Assembly: GCA_040954595.2 (NCBI GenBank)
Contig: CM082576.2
Coordinates: forward strand, 18,151,028 to 18,215,027
DNA length: 64,000 nt
Reading direction: 5' to 3'
Source: Balanoglossus misakiensis
Taxonomy: Eukaryota > Animalia > Hemichordata
Shown: in pieces, positions 1 through 13,400 of the stretch
Position numbering within the stretch: the stretch's first letter is position 1
How the letters are laid out: every line of letters starts with the position of its first letter
The notes under the pieces: generated by a model
The model's database searches: none
Told to the model about the DNA's origin: nothing
What the model saw: the letters and a program-made list of their open reading frames with translations, nothing else
Translations under genes and position numbers: made by a program

Positions 1-1194
1 ATCAACTTGTAGAATTCAATAGTATATTTTTGGGGTGATTTTTGCCATTTTTGGTCAAAACTCTTTCTCAGAACCCTCTACCCCATTGCTTTGAAATTTG
101 ATTTGAAGGTTCCATGGTGAGCTGTCATGATGATTTACAAAACCTATGATGAAAGTGTCAATGTTTTGTGGGGGCAATGTCTTGTATTTTGGGGGTATAT
201 TTACCAATTTTGATAAAAAATTATATTTCTCAGAAAGTGTACACTGTATGGCTGATTTCTATAAATTTGACTTGTAAGTTAATGGGATTGGCTTCTTTAG
301 AATTATTATGAAATCATATCATAGGTAATTTGGAATTTCTACTGGGCTTGCGCTTGATATTTTATTTTTTACGCGCAGTGCACGCAAAGAGCCAATTTTT
401 TTTCGTGAAATTGTATTTGAATTACGTGCAACAAAATAGCGATAGACAAGCAGGCTTTCAGATAAACATACTTGAATGAGTTCTCCCTTCATGTCTAGAT
501 GGCCCAACACAAAAATATCATTTAGAATGTAGCGAATAAAGTACATAAACATCATGAAAGAGACTGTGTACAGTGGTCCCCCCCCCCCCAATACGTATTA
601 GTACAGACAAGGTATGGAATTCTTGTGTTATATCATCAAGGAAAATGACCCAGAAGCCCTACTTGCTTTGTTATATCTAATGGCTTCTGTGTGCATAAAT
701 TATAGCCCCGACACGTGTCAAGTTTGTGGCCTAGGTTACCGCACGTACATCACTGTGCGTCCTGCTACAGCATACAAGCGCGCGTACGCGTACATGTGTA
801 CAGGGCGCCTGACCGGCCAACCTTGACAAGGCGCCCCAGATAGCCTCGCCCGCTGTTATCTTTCAATGGATTTTTTTTGCGCGCATGTGACAAAATATTT
901 GCCCGCACACATTGTAGTTTTGCGTTATTTAGTGTTATTTTAAATGGGTGTCACACCGATTTAATCAGCCTCCATTCAAAGAGTACACAACAGTCGTGTT
1001 ATGCATTAGCAAAAGATGATAAACTGATGCGGATACAATCAATATAGCTTAATGGTGATGATTGTAAAGCAGAAGGGTAATTGTCATTAGTATCATACAT
1101 GCAGAGCCTGTATTTGCCACTTTCTATTGTTCTCACCAAATTTAGTGTAATAACCCTCTAATTTTAAAGAACACTAATTATGGAAGCCCATTAA

Positions 1195-1279
1195 CCCTTT
1201 CACAACCAAGGTTCAGTCCAAACCCATTGTTTTCTATGAAAAGGTTTGACCTGTATAGAAGGAACTTGGGGTGAAAGGG
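1195..1279. mobile_element. Tiny piggyBac-like MITE (degenerate relatives near 3572, 8005, 53526)
   Basis: TTAA|CCCTTTCAC...GTGAAAGGG|TTAA. Confidence 0.65.
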
Positions 1280-1440
1280 TTAAAGGGACAAAGTCGCTCT
1301 TTTTGACTTTTGACTCACTTGCTTTTATTAGAGGTTCCTACCTTTAAATGTTTCATAAAATGTTTAATCAAATCTGTCTACAATCAGAGTAGACGTTGTT
1401 TACATATACCTTTTGTTAAATGATTGTTGTTGTATTTCAG

Positions 1441-1539
1441 ATTGTTGTCAGGAGCAGGTGAGAAATATGGTATGATTTCTGAAGGTCTGAGTACTGCATT
1501 GCAGTTATTTGACGATATGAAGAGTTTACGATATTCAAG
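1441..1539 (+). pseudogene. MED25: MED25 VWA-domain exon ([32 protein letters not shown]), phase 2-2
   Basis: tttcag acceptor and gtaatt donor; the translation closely resembles vertebrate MED25 [28 protein letters not shown] (recalled). Confidence 0.88.
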
Positions 1540-1757
1540 GTAATTATGGTAAAATTCTGAGTTTCAAGATCATTCTCTACATATGGCCCTGACTTTTTTT
1601 GGTGGTTTATCTGTTTTTGTAAAGCTCACCATGTCAACCAGGAAATGATTCCATACAGACAGTGGAGTACAACTGACATGTGAAGTACATTGAAACCTGC
1701 CTAGGAAGGACACCTCTGGGACCACAAAATGTGTCCTTAATAGAGAGGTGTCCTTAA

Positions 1758-2153
1758 AGGGACAAATTCTCTCTCTCGCTGCCCCTTTTCCATGAATTAG
1801 GTTTGTTACAGGGCACCATTTCTGTTATTCTACATGTGGATATATAGTGAATCAATGTTTCACCACACACAACTTCAACCCTGCTTGTAGCCACCAGAGT
1901 GATAAAAAACACACGCCAATAATCGGTCTCTATCATTTATTCATTTTATGCGAGTTTTTATGCTCATATCATTCAAGTGGGATGGAAATTGTGTATGGTT
2001 GAACGTTCATTAACTACATATACACATGTACATTAATATAAAATGTCTCTTGTATCAAACATAATGGAAAAAATCGCGTCAAGGACACAGTGGTCCCATT
2101 GAGGGAATACACAAGAAAAAGTCTACACCGGAGTACATGGCGATATACTGACA

Positions 2154-2192
<39 letters not shown>

Positions 2193-2685
2193 AGCAAGAG
2201 ATCAATGGGCAAACACTGACTGACCGGTGACCCATGAGCTGCCAATGGCATATGTACTATACATACACTAAATAGAACAGCTGGCCTCTTTAAAACTTAG
2301 CCAGTTATGTAATCATTCAGGAATTTCCTGTGTATATAAACAACTCAATAAGTAAATACACACCACTTCGCAAAGCAATCTGACCAGTAGTTCTTGAGTT
2401 ACTGAGTTTCGACTAAATTCACATTTTTCCAGCTAATTTGCATATTTTTGGCAACGACAACTTCATTTGAACAAACTCCCATTTACAGCCCAGCCTGCAT
2501 CTGCACACCAAATATCAAGGTGATACACACAGTGGTTTTCAAGTTTTTGATGTGGACGGACATACATCCATACATCCATCCATACATACATACATACAGA
2601 CGCAACCAATCCCATAAGGTCCCATGTTATATAGGCCTATACCAATGGGACCTAAAAAGGGCAGCGAGAGAGAGAATTTGTCCCT
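1758..2685. mobile_element. TTAA-flanked non-autonomous element (Kolobok-like)
   Basis: TTAA|agggacaaattctctctctcgctgccc...gggcagcgagagagagaatttgtccct|TTAA. Confidence 0.7.
2074..2653. mobile_element. Helentron/HINE (DINE-1)-like interspersed repeat with (CA)n and (CATA)n
   Basis: Absent from the paralogous site at ~7070; inserted in an A-run without a clear TSD; short inverted repeat ggtcccattg/caatgggacc; inverted partial relatives at ~34850, 40020, 51650. Confidence 0.55.
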
Positions 2686-4265
2686 TTAACAGAAATGTGC
2701 ATGTAATATTCTATTCAAACCATTACTCTTGTCTTGAACAATCTTTCCTTAATAGAGAGGTGTCCTGATTAGAGAGATGTCTGTATTAATTGACAGGTTT
2801 CACTGTATTATCAACATTTTCAGTTTCATAATCCTTCTGGATGTCTTTGTCAGAAAATTTTGACAGCAGCCAAAACTTTCTCTGCCATACTTACAATAAG
2901 AGAAAGCTTGCACCTGTGTGTAAAACGGGTTATTTTCGCAAGCAATTAATTTTAGCGAAATAGGCGAGAGCCAACAAAATGTGAAAATAAAAAGTTGCGT
3001 AAAATGTTTTTCGGAGATAAAGATGCAATGAAATACAAGAACATGAAAATTAATCCTCGCATAACAGTTGCCTCTTTTAATATCGCGAAAATTTCCTGTC
3101 ACGAAAATAATCCGTTTTACAGTAATATTGAAGGTCAGAATGCTTTTGATGAGAGAACAATACACCAGTTGCAAAGTATCTTGACTAACATAAAAATGAT
3201 GGTATTTTCTGAAGAAGATATAATGTCGCAGTTGGTGTTTTGTTTCCTCATCAAAAGCATTCTGACCTTCAATATTATTCTGTTGAGCTATACATGCAAT
3301 CTAGTCTGATCAGAGATGATTATATCATCGACAATAGATCCTGGATACTAAAAGAGCATAAAATGACTGCGACAGATACCTTGTTAGTTGTAACAGGTGT
3401 GAAATAAGAATTTGGATAACGCTGACAATATTTTGGCTATTTTTTTGGGGGGGGGGGTGGAGCAATAAGTGATTTTGAAACCCCATGTAACACCTGTCTT
3501 ACCATTAATATGACTGCATTTATGGTACCATAAGGAATGTTGACAAAATGACTGGGGAACCCTGGTTACATTACCCTGATCACCACAATGGTTCAGTCCA
3601 ACTGCATTGTTTTCTATGTTAAGGTTGGAGCTCTGAAGAGGAAGTTGGGGTGGAAGGGTTAAAAAAAACACTGACTGACAATACTGCCAATAACAAAATA
3701 TTGTTTTATCTTCTCTTTGTATACAGCGCACCAATATAGAAACATTGTATATTGATCTGAACTCTCCTCCATATCCTTTGCCAAGTCAAGGTAGTATTAA
3801 TTACAGTGGATTTACTGCAGAATAATTGGCTGCCATGTTGGGTGAGGTAAGTAAGCGATGTAAAACATTTCATACAACACTGCATACTAACAATAGTCAT
3901 ATCAACCTGACAAGGGAAGATGAAAAAAAACACTAAGCCCCTTTGAACAGTTGTATTTTCTTGGAATCTGGTTTTATAATAAACTTTGATTGATTGAAAT
4001 GTGTTTTACATCTAAATGCATTGTTTTGGGAACATTTTCTAGTATGTATGTGATTATTAAATTGAACTTGTATATTTGCTGGGGCAACTAAATTTTCAGT
4101 AAAGATGAGGAATGCCCAATGTTCGGATTGTCTTCAAAAAGATGACAACAACTCAAGTCTCAAAAACTCTTTTGTTTTAAAGTTTGAATTGTAGTTGTCG
4201 CATCATTAACGACTTCACATGTGAATGCCAAATTTCGATTCTTAGCAAATGTTGTATTTTCACAG

Positions 4266-4419
4266 AGAGGAGTCCATTTCTCAATCATATCACCCCGCAA
4301 ACTGCCTGAACTCCAAAAACTTAACTTCAAAGCATATGGTGAAGTACAGATGGTACCAATGAAGGATTATGCGGCTGATCCACACCACATGATACTTCTC
4401 AAAGGTTATCAACTTGCTG
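4266..4419 (+). pseudogene. MED25: MED25 VWA C-terminal exon (RGVHFSIISPRKLPELQKLNFKAYGEVQMVPMKDYAADPHHMILLKGYQLA); frameshifted 149-nt copies at 8721-8869, 13253-13401, 17785-17933
   Basis: cacag acceptor and gtaggt donor; resembles MED25 RGIHFSIVSPRKLP...DPRHMVLVRG (recalled). The array copies are 5 nt shorter. Confidence 0.85.
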
Positions 4420-4464
4420 GTAGGTATCTGTTGCTACGCAAATATTTGCAATCATACCATGATC

Positions 4465-5456
4465 CAGGCAAGGCAAAGGGGGGGTAATTACGGCGGTGAC
4501 ATCAAAGAGATCTATTTGAATGTGAACGTCACTGAGTGGCAGTTACGGCCGGTTGGAAAAATTTTCAAACGGAGATTTTCGGTACTTCAAGTGATCGTAG
4601 TGCATCCATTTTTCTAAGACGTGTATGAAACACCACAGTCAATGATAGGATGATTTTTCGTGAAGTTTTAACGACGCGTTCCCGAGAAAGACAGTTTCGG
4701 TATGTTGGTTTAAATTGTGGTCCCTGACTCACGGAAAAGATTTCTTGTCTTGAAAAAAATTGGGTAGGTTAGGAAGATATTGAACTAAGTTACCGTGAAT
4801 TTATAATAGTGTGAGCCGCTCCGTTGTGGAGTAATGACGGTGTAAAAATTGCCTTCGCCATCGACGAGTACAGCCGTGTTTGCCATATGTGTATGCATTG
4901 AAGTAGGTCAACGCATGTTAACCCATGACGTAATGGCTTCCTTTTCAACGCGTCGTTAACTCTCATTAGCATATTACATACGGAGTCTATACACTATTCA
5001 CGCTGACTGACTTCTCAGGACTGACCTATGGCACTGTAAATTGTGGTCCTTGACCCACGGCATGGATATATTCATGTCAAAATTATGAATAGAGGAGTCT
5101 AATAATGTTTCTAAAACCTGAGGGGGTTAATTTTTGTGTGGGTATGGCAGATATTTTTTTTTTGATTTTTTAACTTCAAGGTCACTTTGAATTTCGTGAT
5201 CACAATTTTGTAAGTGGAATTAAAGAAATTCTTCTCGATAAAACTTCATGAAAAATCACATGTAGTACATTCATAGTACCAGTAATGTGCCTGGGGTGAA
5301 ATAATTGTCAGAAATGGGTTGCAAGTTGCTAAACTTTCGTTCTGAAAAAAGTTGAAAAACTGTATGCAAATGAGGAATTCAAACGTTACTGGCCAGTTCA
5401 AGTGTTTGCATTGCATAATCCCCTGCTGTTTAATTACCCCCCCTTTGCCCTGCCTG
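4465..5456. mobile_element. ~1-kb non-autonomous TIR DNA transposon, superfamily uncertain
   Basis: GATC|caggcaaggcaaagggggggtaatta...taattaccccccctttgccctgcctg|GATC; absent from array units 2-4. Confidence 0.85.
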
Positions 5457-5958
5457 GATCTAGATTCTAAAGTTCACTGGTCAAATATATAACTTGTTTA
5501 CATGGTCATTTACAACCAATTCATCATTTTGTGGTTTGTTAAGATTTTCATTACTCTAAATTGGTACTTCAATAAAATGGTTGTAATATATTTATTAATA
5601 TTTATTACACATCACGTATTATTATGCGCTCCTGGTTGGCTAATACTAAATATGACAGAAATTCATGACCTGTGCACACGATCTGAGGCTTATGGAAGTT
5701 ATTGTCGCGAGTGATGCAGTGTATTCTGTTGCAGTACTTTCACAAGCCAGCCTATTATTCCCCATCATTTCAATGCCTGGCCAATTAATTACACATCCTC
5801 CTGAAAATTGTTCGAAGGTGGGCAATCAATTTCCATGGTTACATCCTGGATGAAACACTGGTACAGGTTCAAGACAAGTTTAGTGACATTGTGTGAATCC
5901 GCAGCAGAATTTCACATAAACTGTATAATCCTCCATTTTTGTAATGATTGTGTTTCAG

Positions 5959-6055
5959 AAAAATCTGTGTCAAGTGGTGATACAAAAGAGGTTGCCATAG
6001 TGAAACCTACAACCATATTAACCTCTTCAGTGTCTACAACCACTACCACAACACA
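5959..6055 (+). pseudogene. S/T-rich linker exon, truncated in array unit 1; full-length copy at 9389-9585, repeated at +4532 and +9064
   Basis: tgtttcag acceptor, EKSVSSGDTKEVAIVKPTT. The donor is lost in unit 1 by a ~1.1-kb deletion; cccag|gtaaag is present in units 2-4. Confidence 0.6.
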
Positions 6056-6374
6056 TAGCCTTGTGTTACCATTTTCTATACAGTAAACTATTGTTTCAAA
6101 ACACATTCAAAACGTCTGTTTTGGTTGCTAGAAACCCACTCTGTGAATGCAAAGACTCTTTTGGATAATGCAACAGACTCAGTGATCAATTTCAATTTTT
6201 AATGAGATTAATGTTGATAAGCTCTAATGTGGGTATGTGTGTTGAAAATAGGACTTTGAGAGTTGCAAGCTCAACATCGAATCAAAAATTGAAGTCATGA
6301 ATTTAAAATGGGGTTTTGAATACTGGCCTTGATAATGCTTCATATTAACTAGGTTTGTTACTCTTTTTGGACAG

Positions 6375-6534
6375 GCAACTTCACCACCAAAGATGACTTC
6401 CCAGCATGCACCAGCTGCTGCACTGAAAGCAGCAGAGTGTGTCATACAAATGGCAAATGCTAGTCAGTTCAGTAAGATGCCACCAATTGCTGCTGTGAAT
6501 TCTATCAACTCACAGCCACAGCAGAGATGGCCAG
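6375..6534 (+). pseudogene. MED25-like linker exon ATSPPKMTSQHAPAAALKAAECVIQMANASQFSKMPP...; copies start at 10909, 15441, 19973
   Basis: ggacag acceptor and ccag|gtacag donor; position and AAxxAAE motif resemble the MED25 segment after the VWA domain. Confidence 0.6.
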
Positions 6535-9500
6535 GTACAGATTCACAGCCACAAAGAGGTAGGTACAGTCAAACCTGTCTATACTGGCCAGTCAAGGGAC
6601 TTCCAAAACTGACATTTATAGACAGGTGGCTTCTATAGACAGGTCAATAAATGTGCAATGTACATGTACATGAAATGAAACAAAGTTGCCACTACATAGA
6701 GGTTGCAACAAACACATAGTTGACTGTCATATATGTTATGTTGCCATGGCAGTCATTTACCATGAGTTCGATTATACATTGCCAAAACCGGAGGAAACAA
6801 ATATTCAAGTTCCCCTTTTCATATTCTCCATCAATGGTATAATACGCCAGTGTCATGACCACACACAACTTCCACCCTGCTTGTAGCCACGAGAGTGAAA
6901 AAAAACCTCACCAATATGAACAATCGGTCTCTATCATTTATTCATTTTGGGCGAGTTCTTATGCTCATATCATTAAAGCGGGATGGAAATTGTGTATGGT
7001 TGAACATTCATTCACTACATATACATATGTACATTAATATAAAATGTCTCTTGTATCAAACATAATGGAAAAAAGGGCAGCGAGAGAGAGACTTTGTCCC
7101 TTTAATAGAAATGTGCATGTAATATTTTATTCAAACCATCACTTCTGTCTTGAACAATCTTTCCTTAATAGAGTGGTGTACTGATTAGAGAGATGTCTTA
7201 TTGACAGGTTTCACTGTATTACCAACATTTTCAGTTCCATAATCCTTCAGTGTTTGCCAGAGAATTCGACAGCAGTCAAAAACTTTCTCTGCCATACTCA
7301 CAATAAGAGAAAGCTTGCACCTTTGTTTTACTGTTAAATTACCATACCACAAAAAAAAAACAGGTTGTTTTTGCGAGCAATACATTTTTCGCGAAATATG
7401 CGAGAACCAACAAACGTGAAAATAAAAAGTCGCGTAAAATGTTTTTCGGAGATAAAGATGCAATGAAATACGAGAATGTGAAAATTAATCCTCGCGTAAC
7501 AGTTTGGTATTTTAATGTCGCGAAAAATTTCCTTTCATGAAAATAATCCGTTTTACAGTCCGGTAATATTGAAGGTCAGAATGCTTTTGATGAGAGAACA
7601 ATACACCAGTTGCAAAGTATCTTGACAAACATGAAATGATTGAATTCTCTGAAGAAGATATAATCTCGCAGTTGGTGTGTTGTTTCCTCATCAAAAGCAT
7701 TCTGACCTTCAATATTATTCTGTTGAGCTATACATGCAATCTAGTCTATATATGTTCAGAGGTGATTATATCATCCATAATAGATCCTAAATACTAAAAG
7801 AGCATAAAATGACTGCGACAGATACTTTGTAAGTTGTAACAGGTGGGAAATAAGAATTTGGATAACACAGTATTTTGGCTATTGTTGGGGAGCATGAATG
7901 AGTGATTTTGGAACCCCATGTAACACCTGTCTTACCATTAATATGACTGCATTGATGGTACCATGAGGAATGCTAGTAAAATGACTGGGGAACCCTGGTT
8001 ACATTACCCTGATCATCGTTATGGTTCAGTCCAACAGCATTGTTTTCTATGTTAAGGTTGGACCTCTGAAGAGGAAATTGGGGTGGAAGGGTTAGAAAAA
8101 ACACTGACTGACAATACTGCCAATAACGAAATATTGTTTTTCTCTTCTCTTTGCATACAGCACACAACAACAGAAACATTGTATATTGATCTGCAACTCT
8201 CCTCCACATCCCTTGCCAAGTCAAGATAGTATTAATTACAGTGAATTGACTGCAGATCAATTGACTGCCATGTTGGGTAAGGTAAGCGATATAAAACATT
8301 TCATACAACACTGCCTACTAACAATAGTCATATCAATCTGACAAGGGAAGATGAAAACAAAACATCTTTTCAAACTAGCTTACTGTTTGGACCAATTTCA
8401 TTAAGCCCCATTTAACAGGAATTCTGGTTTTATAATTAACTTTGATTGATTGACATGTGTTTTACATCTAAATGCATCGCTTTGGGAACATTTTCTAGTA
8501 TGTATGAGATTATTAAATTGAACTTGTATATTTGCTGAGGGCAACTAAATTTTCAGTAAAGATGAGGAATGCTCAATGTTTTGATTGTCTTCAAAATGAT
8601 GACAACAACTCAAGTCTCAAAAACTCTTTGTTTTGAATTTTGAATTGTTTTTGTTGCATCAGTAACGACTTCACATGTGGATGCCACATTTGATTCTTAG
8701 CAAATGTTGTATTTTGACAGAGAGGAGTCCATTCCTCAATCATATTACCCCGCAAACGGCCTGAACTCCAAAAACTTAGCGACAAAGCGTGAAATACAGA
8801 TGGTACCTATGAAGGATTATGCGGCTGATCCACACCACATGATACTTCTCAAAGGTAAACAACTTGCTGGTAGGTATCTGTTGCTATGCAAATATTTGCA
8901 ATCATACCATCCAGATTCTAAAGTTCACAGGTCAAATATATAACTTGTTTACGTGGCCATTTACAACCAATTCATCATTTTGTGGTTTGTTAAGATTTTC
9001 ATTACTCTAAATTGGTACTTCCATAAAATGGTTGTAATATTTATTACACATCACGTATTGTTATGCGTTCCTGGTTGGCTAATACTAAATATGACAGAAC
9101 TTCATGACCTCTGCACACGTTCTGAGGCTTAAGGAAGTTATTGTCGCGAGTGATGCAGTGTATTCTGTTGCAGTACTTTCACAAGCCAGCCTATAATTCC
9201 CCATCATGTCAATGCCTGGCCAATTAATTACACATCCTCCTGAAAATTGTTGGTAGGTGGGCAATCAATTTCCTTGGTTACATCCTGGATGAAACACTGG
9301 TACAGGTTCAAGGCAAGTTTAGTGACATTGTGTGATTCCACATCAGAATTTCACATCAACTGTATAATACTCCATTTTTGTGTTTCAGAAAAATCGGTGT
9401 CCAGTGGTGATACAAAAGAGGTTGCGATAGTGAAACCTACAACCATAGCAACCACTTCCACTTGTCTACAACCACTACCACAACACAGCCACTGAAACCC

Positions 9501-10229
9501 GCATCAACAGTTACCATGTTTACAGCATCTACCTCCAGTATGACCTCAAATCCTCTCAAATCAACTGTTGGAAGTTCATCCCCAGGTAAAGTCTCCAGTG
9601 TTGCTTCCCAGCCATTGTCAATTTAAGTCCGCACATAATTAGACCACCAAGTGAATTGTGAGATATAGTAGAATATTGCCATGTTGATCTTCACTACAAT
9701 ATTAGTTAAAGTTATATAGCACTCTGTGATCAACGAGTTGAAAATACAGCATGAGTTTTCGGGGACATGTAGTCCCCTTCATCAGATGCACACGTGGAAT
9801 GAACAGAGAAACAGAGAATCATGGGGTATTCAAAGTAGGAAATATGTGCAGGACCATCTGAGGATGGTGACTTCATGACCAAAATATTGTGTCCGTGAGC
9901 AAGGCACTTTACTTCTCATTGCTCTGAGGAGACTCATGGCTTTGTGTAGGTGATTTGCACCTTTTCTAGTCTTTCTCTGTGTTTGTGATAGATGAATTAC
10001 TGTCTTACAGGAAATTTTTGTGAACTTCGTGAGAACCAAAAAATGCGAATTTAAAAAAAAATCATGTAAAAATATTTTTCAGGGATATTGGTGCAGTTAG
10101 TGAAATATGAGAATGCGAAATTTAATTGTAGCATAACAGCTGTCTCTTAGGATTATGCGAACATTTCCTGTCACAGAAATTTTCTGTTTTACAGTATATA
10201 AATAAATCAAGTAGATCTTTTTACTGCAG

Positions 10230-10491
10230 ATGCTACACCAACAATTCATCTGTTACCTGGACGACCAAGTCAAATTGGAAGTCAGTCTCCACAACAACTG
10301 TCGTCCTCTCAACAGAAACTGATTCAACCAAGTCAGCCCCAGATGCAGGGCCAAGGTCAAAGGTCATCAATGCCTTTTGCCCAGCCTACCAGTTTACCAA
10401 ACCAACCAGTATCCACTGTTACAGCAAACAGGACTCAACAACCCAATGTGACTGTTTCAAGTATCCCCATGAGACAATTTTGTCCACCCAG
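10230..10491 (+). pseudogene. P/Q/S-rich linker exon (copies at +4532 and +9064; deleted from unit 1)
   Basis: ttactgcag acceptor, open frame DATPTIHLLPGRPSQIGSQSPQQ..., cccag|gtacag donor. Confidence 0.6.
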
Positions 10492-13400
10492 GTACAGTTG
10501 TGGTCTACCTTCTACTTTTTGAGATTCAAATTAGCTGTTTCTAGTTACCCATCCTGTGAATTGAAAGCTTTTTATGACTGTTTCACATAGCCTTGTCTTA
10601 CCATTGTCTACACAGTAGACTATTTATTTTCAAAACACATTCAAAACGTCTGTTTTGGTTGCAAAAAAGCCACTCTGTAAATGGAAAGACTCTTTGGATA
10701 ATGCCACAGACTCATTAATCAAATTCAATTTTTAATGAGATTAATGTTGATAAGCTCTAATGTGGGTATGTGTGTTGAAAATAGGACTTTGAGAGTTGCA
10801 AGCTCAACATCGAATCAAAAATTGAAGTCATGAATTAAAAAATGTGGTTTTGAATACTGGCCTTAATAATGCTTCATATTAACTAGGTTTGTTACTCTTT
10901 TTGGACAGGCAACTTCACCACCAAAGATGACTTCCCAGCATGCACCAGCTGCTGCACTGAAAGCCACAGAGGGTGTCATGCAAATGGCAAATGCTAGTCA
11001 GTTCAGTAAGATGCCACCAATTGCTGCTGTGAATTCTATCAACTCACAGCCAGAGCAGAGATGGCCAGGTACAGATTCACAGCCACAAAGAGGTAGGTAC
11101 AGTCAAACCTGTCTATACTGGCCAGTCAAGGGACTTCCAAAACTGACATTTATAGACAGGTGGCTTCTATAGACAGGTCAATAAATGTGCAATGTACATG
11201 TACATGAAATGAAACAAAGTTGCCACTACATAGAGGTTGCAACAAACACATAGTTGACTGTCATATATGTTATGTTGCCATGGCAGTCATTTACCATGAG
11301 TTCGATTATACATTGCCAAAACCGGAGGAAACAAATATTCAAGTTCCCCTTTTCATATTCTCCATCAATGGTATAATACGCCAGTGTCATGACCACACAC
11401 AACTTCCACCCTGCTTGTAGCCACGAGAGTGAAAAAAAACCTCACCAATATGAACAATCGGTCTCTATCATTTATTCATTTTGGGCGAGTTCTTATGCTC
11501 ATATCATTAAAGCGGGATGGAAATTGTGTATGGTTGAACATTCATTCACTACATATACATATGTACATTAATATAAAATGTCTCTTGTATCAAACATAAT
11601 GGAAAAAAGGGCAGCAAGAGAGAGACTTTGTCCCTTTAATAGAAATGTGCATGTAATATTTTATTCAAACCATCACTTCTGTCTTGAACAATCTTTCCTT
11701 AATAGAGTGGTGTACTGATTAGAGAGATGTCTTATTGACAGGTTTCACTGTATTACCAACATTTTCAGTTCCATAATCCTTCAGTGTTTGCCAGAGAATT
11801 CGACAGCAGTCAAAAACTTTCTCTGCCATACTCACAATAAGAGAAAGCTTGCACCTTTGTTTTACTGTTAAATTACCATACCACAAAAAAAACAGGTTGT
11901 TTTTGCGAGCAATACATTTTTCGCGAAATATGCGAGAACCAACAAACGTGAAAATAAAAAGTCGCGTAAAATGTTTTTCGGAGATAAAGATGCAATGAAA
12001 TACGAGAATGTGAAAATTAATCCTCGCGTAACAGTTTGGTCTTTTAATGTCGCGAAAAATTTCCTTTCATGAAAATAATCCGTTTTACAGTCCGGTAATA
12101 TTGAAGGTCAGAATGCTTTTGATGAGAGAACAATACACCAGTTGCAAAGTATCTTGACAAACATGAAATGATTGAATTCTCCGAAGAAGATATAATCTCG
12201 CAGTTGGTGTGTTGTTTCCTCATCAAAAGCATTCTGACCTTCAATATTATTCTGTTGAGCTATACATGCAATCTAGTCTATATATGTTCAGAGGTGATTA
12301 TATCATCCATAATAGATCCTAAATACTAAAAGAGCATAAAATGACTGCGACAGATACTTTGTAAGTTGTAACAGGTGGGAAATAAGAATTTGGATAACAC
12401 AGTATTTTGGCTATTGTTGGGGAGCATGAATGAGTGATTTTGGAACCCCATGTAACACCTGTCTTACCATTAATATGACTGCATTGATGGTACCATGAGG
12501 AATGCTAGTAAAATGACTGGGGAACCCTGGTTACATTACCCTGATCATCGTTATGGTTCAGTCCAACAGCATTGTTTTCTATGTTAAGGTTGGACCTCTG
12601 AAGAGGAAATTGGGGTGGAAGGGTTAGAAAAAACACTGACTGACAATACTGCCAATAACGAAATATTGTTTTTCTCTTCTCTTTGCATACAGCACACAAC
12701 AACAGAAACATTGTATATTGATCTGCAACTCTCCTCCACATCCCTTGCCAAGTCAAGATAGTATTAATTACAGTGAATTGACTGCAGATCAATTGACTGC
12801 CATGTTGGGTAAGGTAAGCGATATAAAACATTTCATACAACACTGCCTACTAACAATAGTCATATCAATCTGACAAGGGAAGATGAAAACAAAACATCTT
12901 TTCAAACTAGCTTACTGTTTGGACCAATTTCATTAAGCCCCATTTAACAGGAATTCTGGTTTTATAATTAACTTTGATTGATTGACATGTGTTTTACATC
13001 TAAATGCATCGCTTTGGGAACATTTTCTAGTATGTATGAGATTATTAAATTGAACTTGTATATTTGCTGAGGGCAACTAAATTTTCAGTAAAGATGAGGA
13101 ATGCTCAATGTTTTGATTGTCTTCAAAATGATGACAACAACTCAAGTCTCAAAAACTCTTTGTTTTGAATTTTGAATTGTTTTTGTTGCATCAGTAACGA
13201 CTTCACATGTGGATGCCACATTTGATTCTTAGCAAATGTTGTATTTTGACAGAGAGGAGTCCATTCCTCAATCATATCACCCCGCAAACGGCCTGAACTC
13301 CAAAAACTTAGCGACAAAGCGTGAAATACAGATGGTACCTATGAAGGATTATGCGGCTGATCCACACCACATGATACTTCTCAAAGGTAAACAACTTGCT

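Larger units (their letters stand above)
1688..2805. mobile_element. Tc1/mariner-type MITE containing two nested insertions
   Basis: TA|cattgaaacctg...caggtttcactg|TA termini with internal tccttaatagagaggtgtcc repeats. Confidence 0.6.

Noticed and set aside
1-1000. Repetitive-looking and CpG-rich sequence at the window start (possible promoter or transposon)
   Set aside because: No termini, TSD or coding signal could be established; it lies upstream of an internal exon, so it is probably intronic repeat debris.
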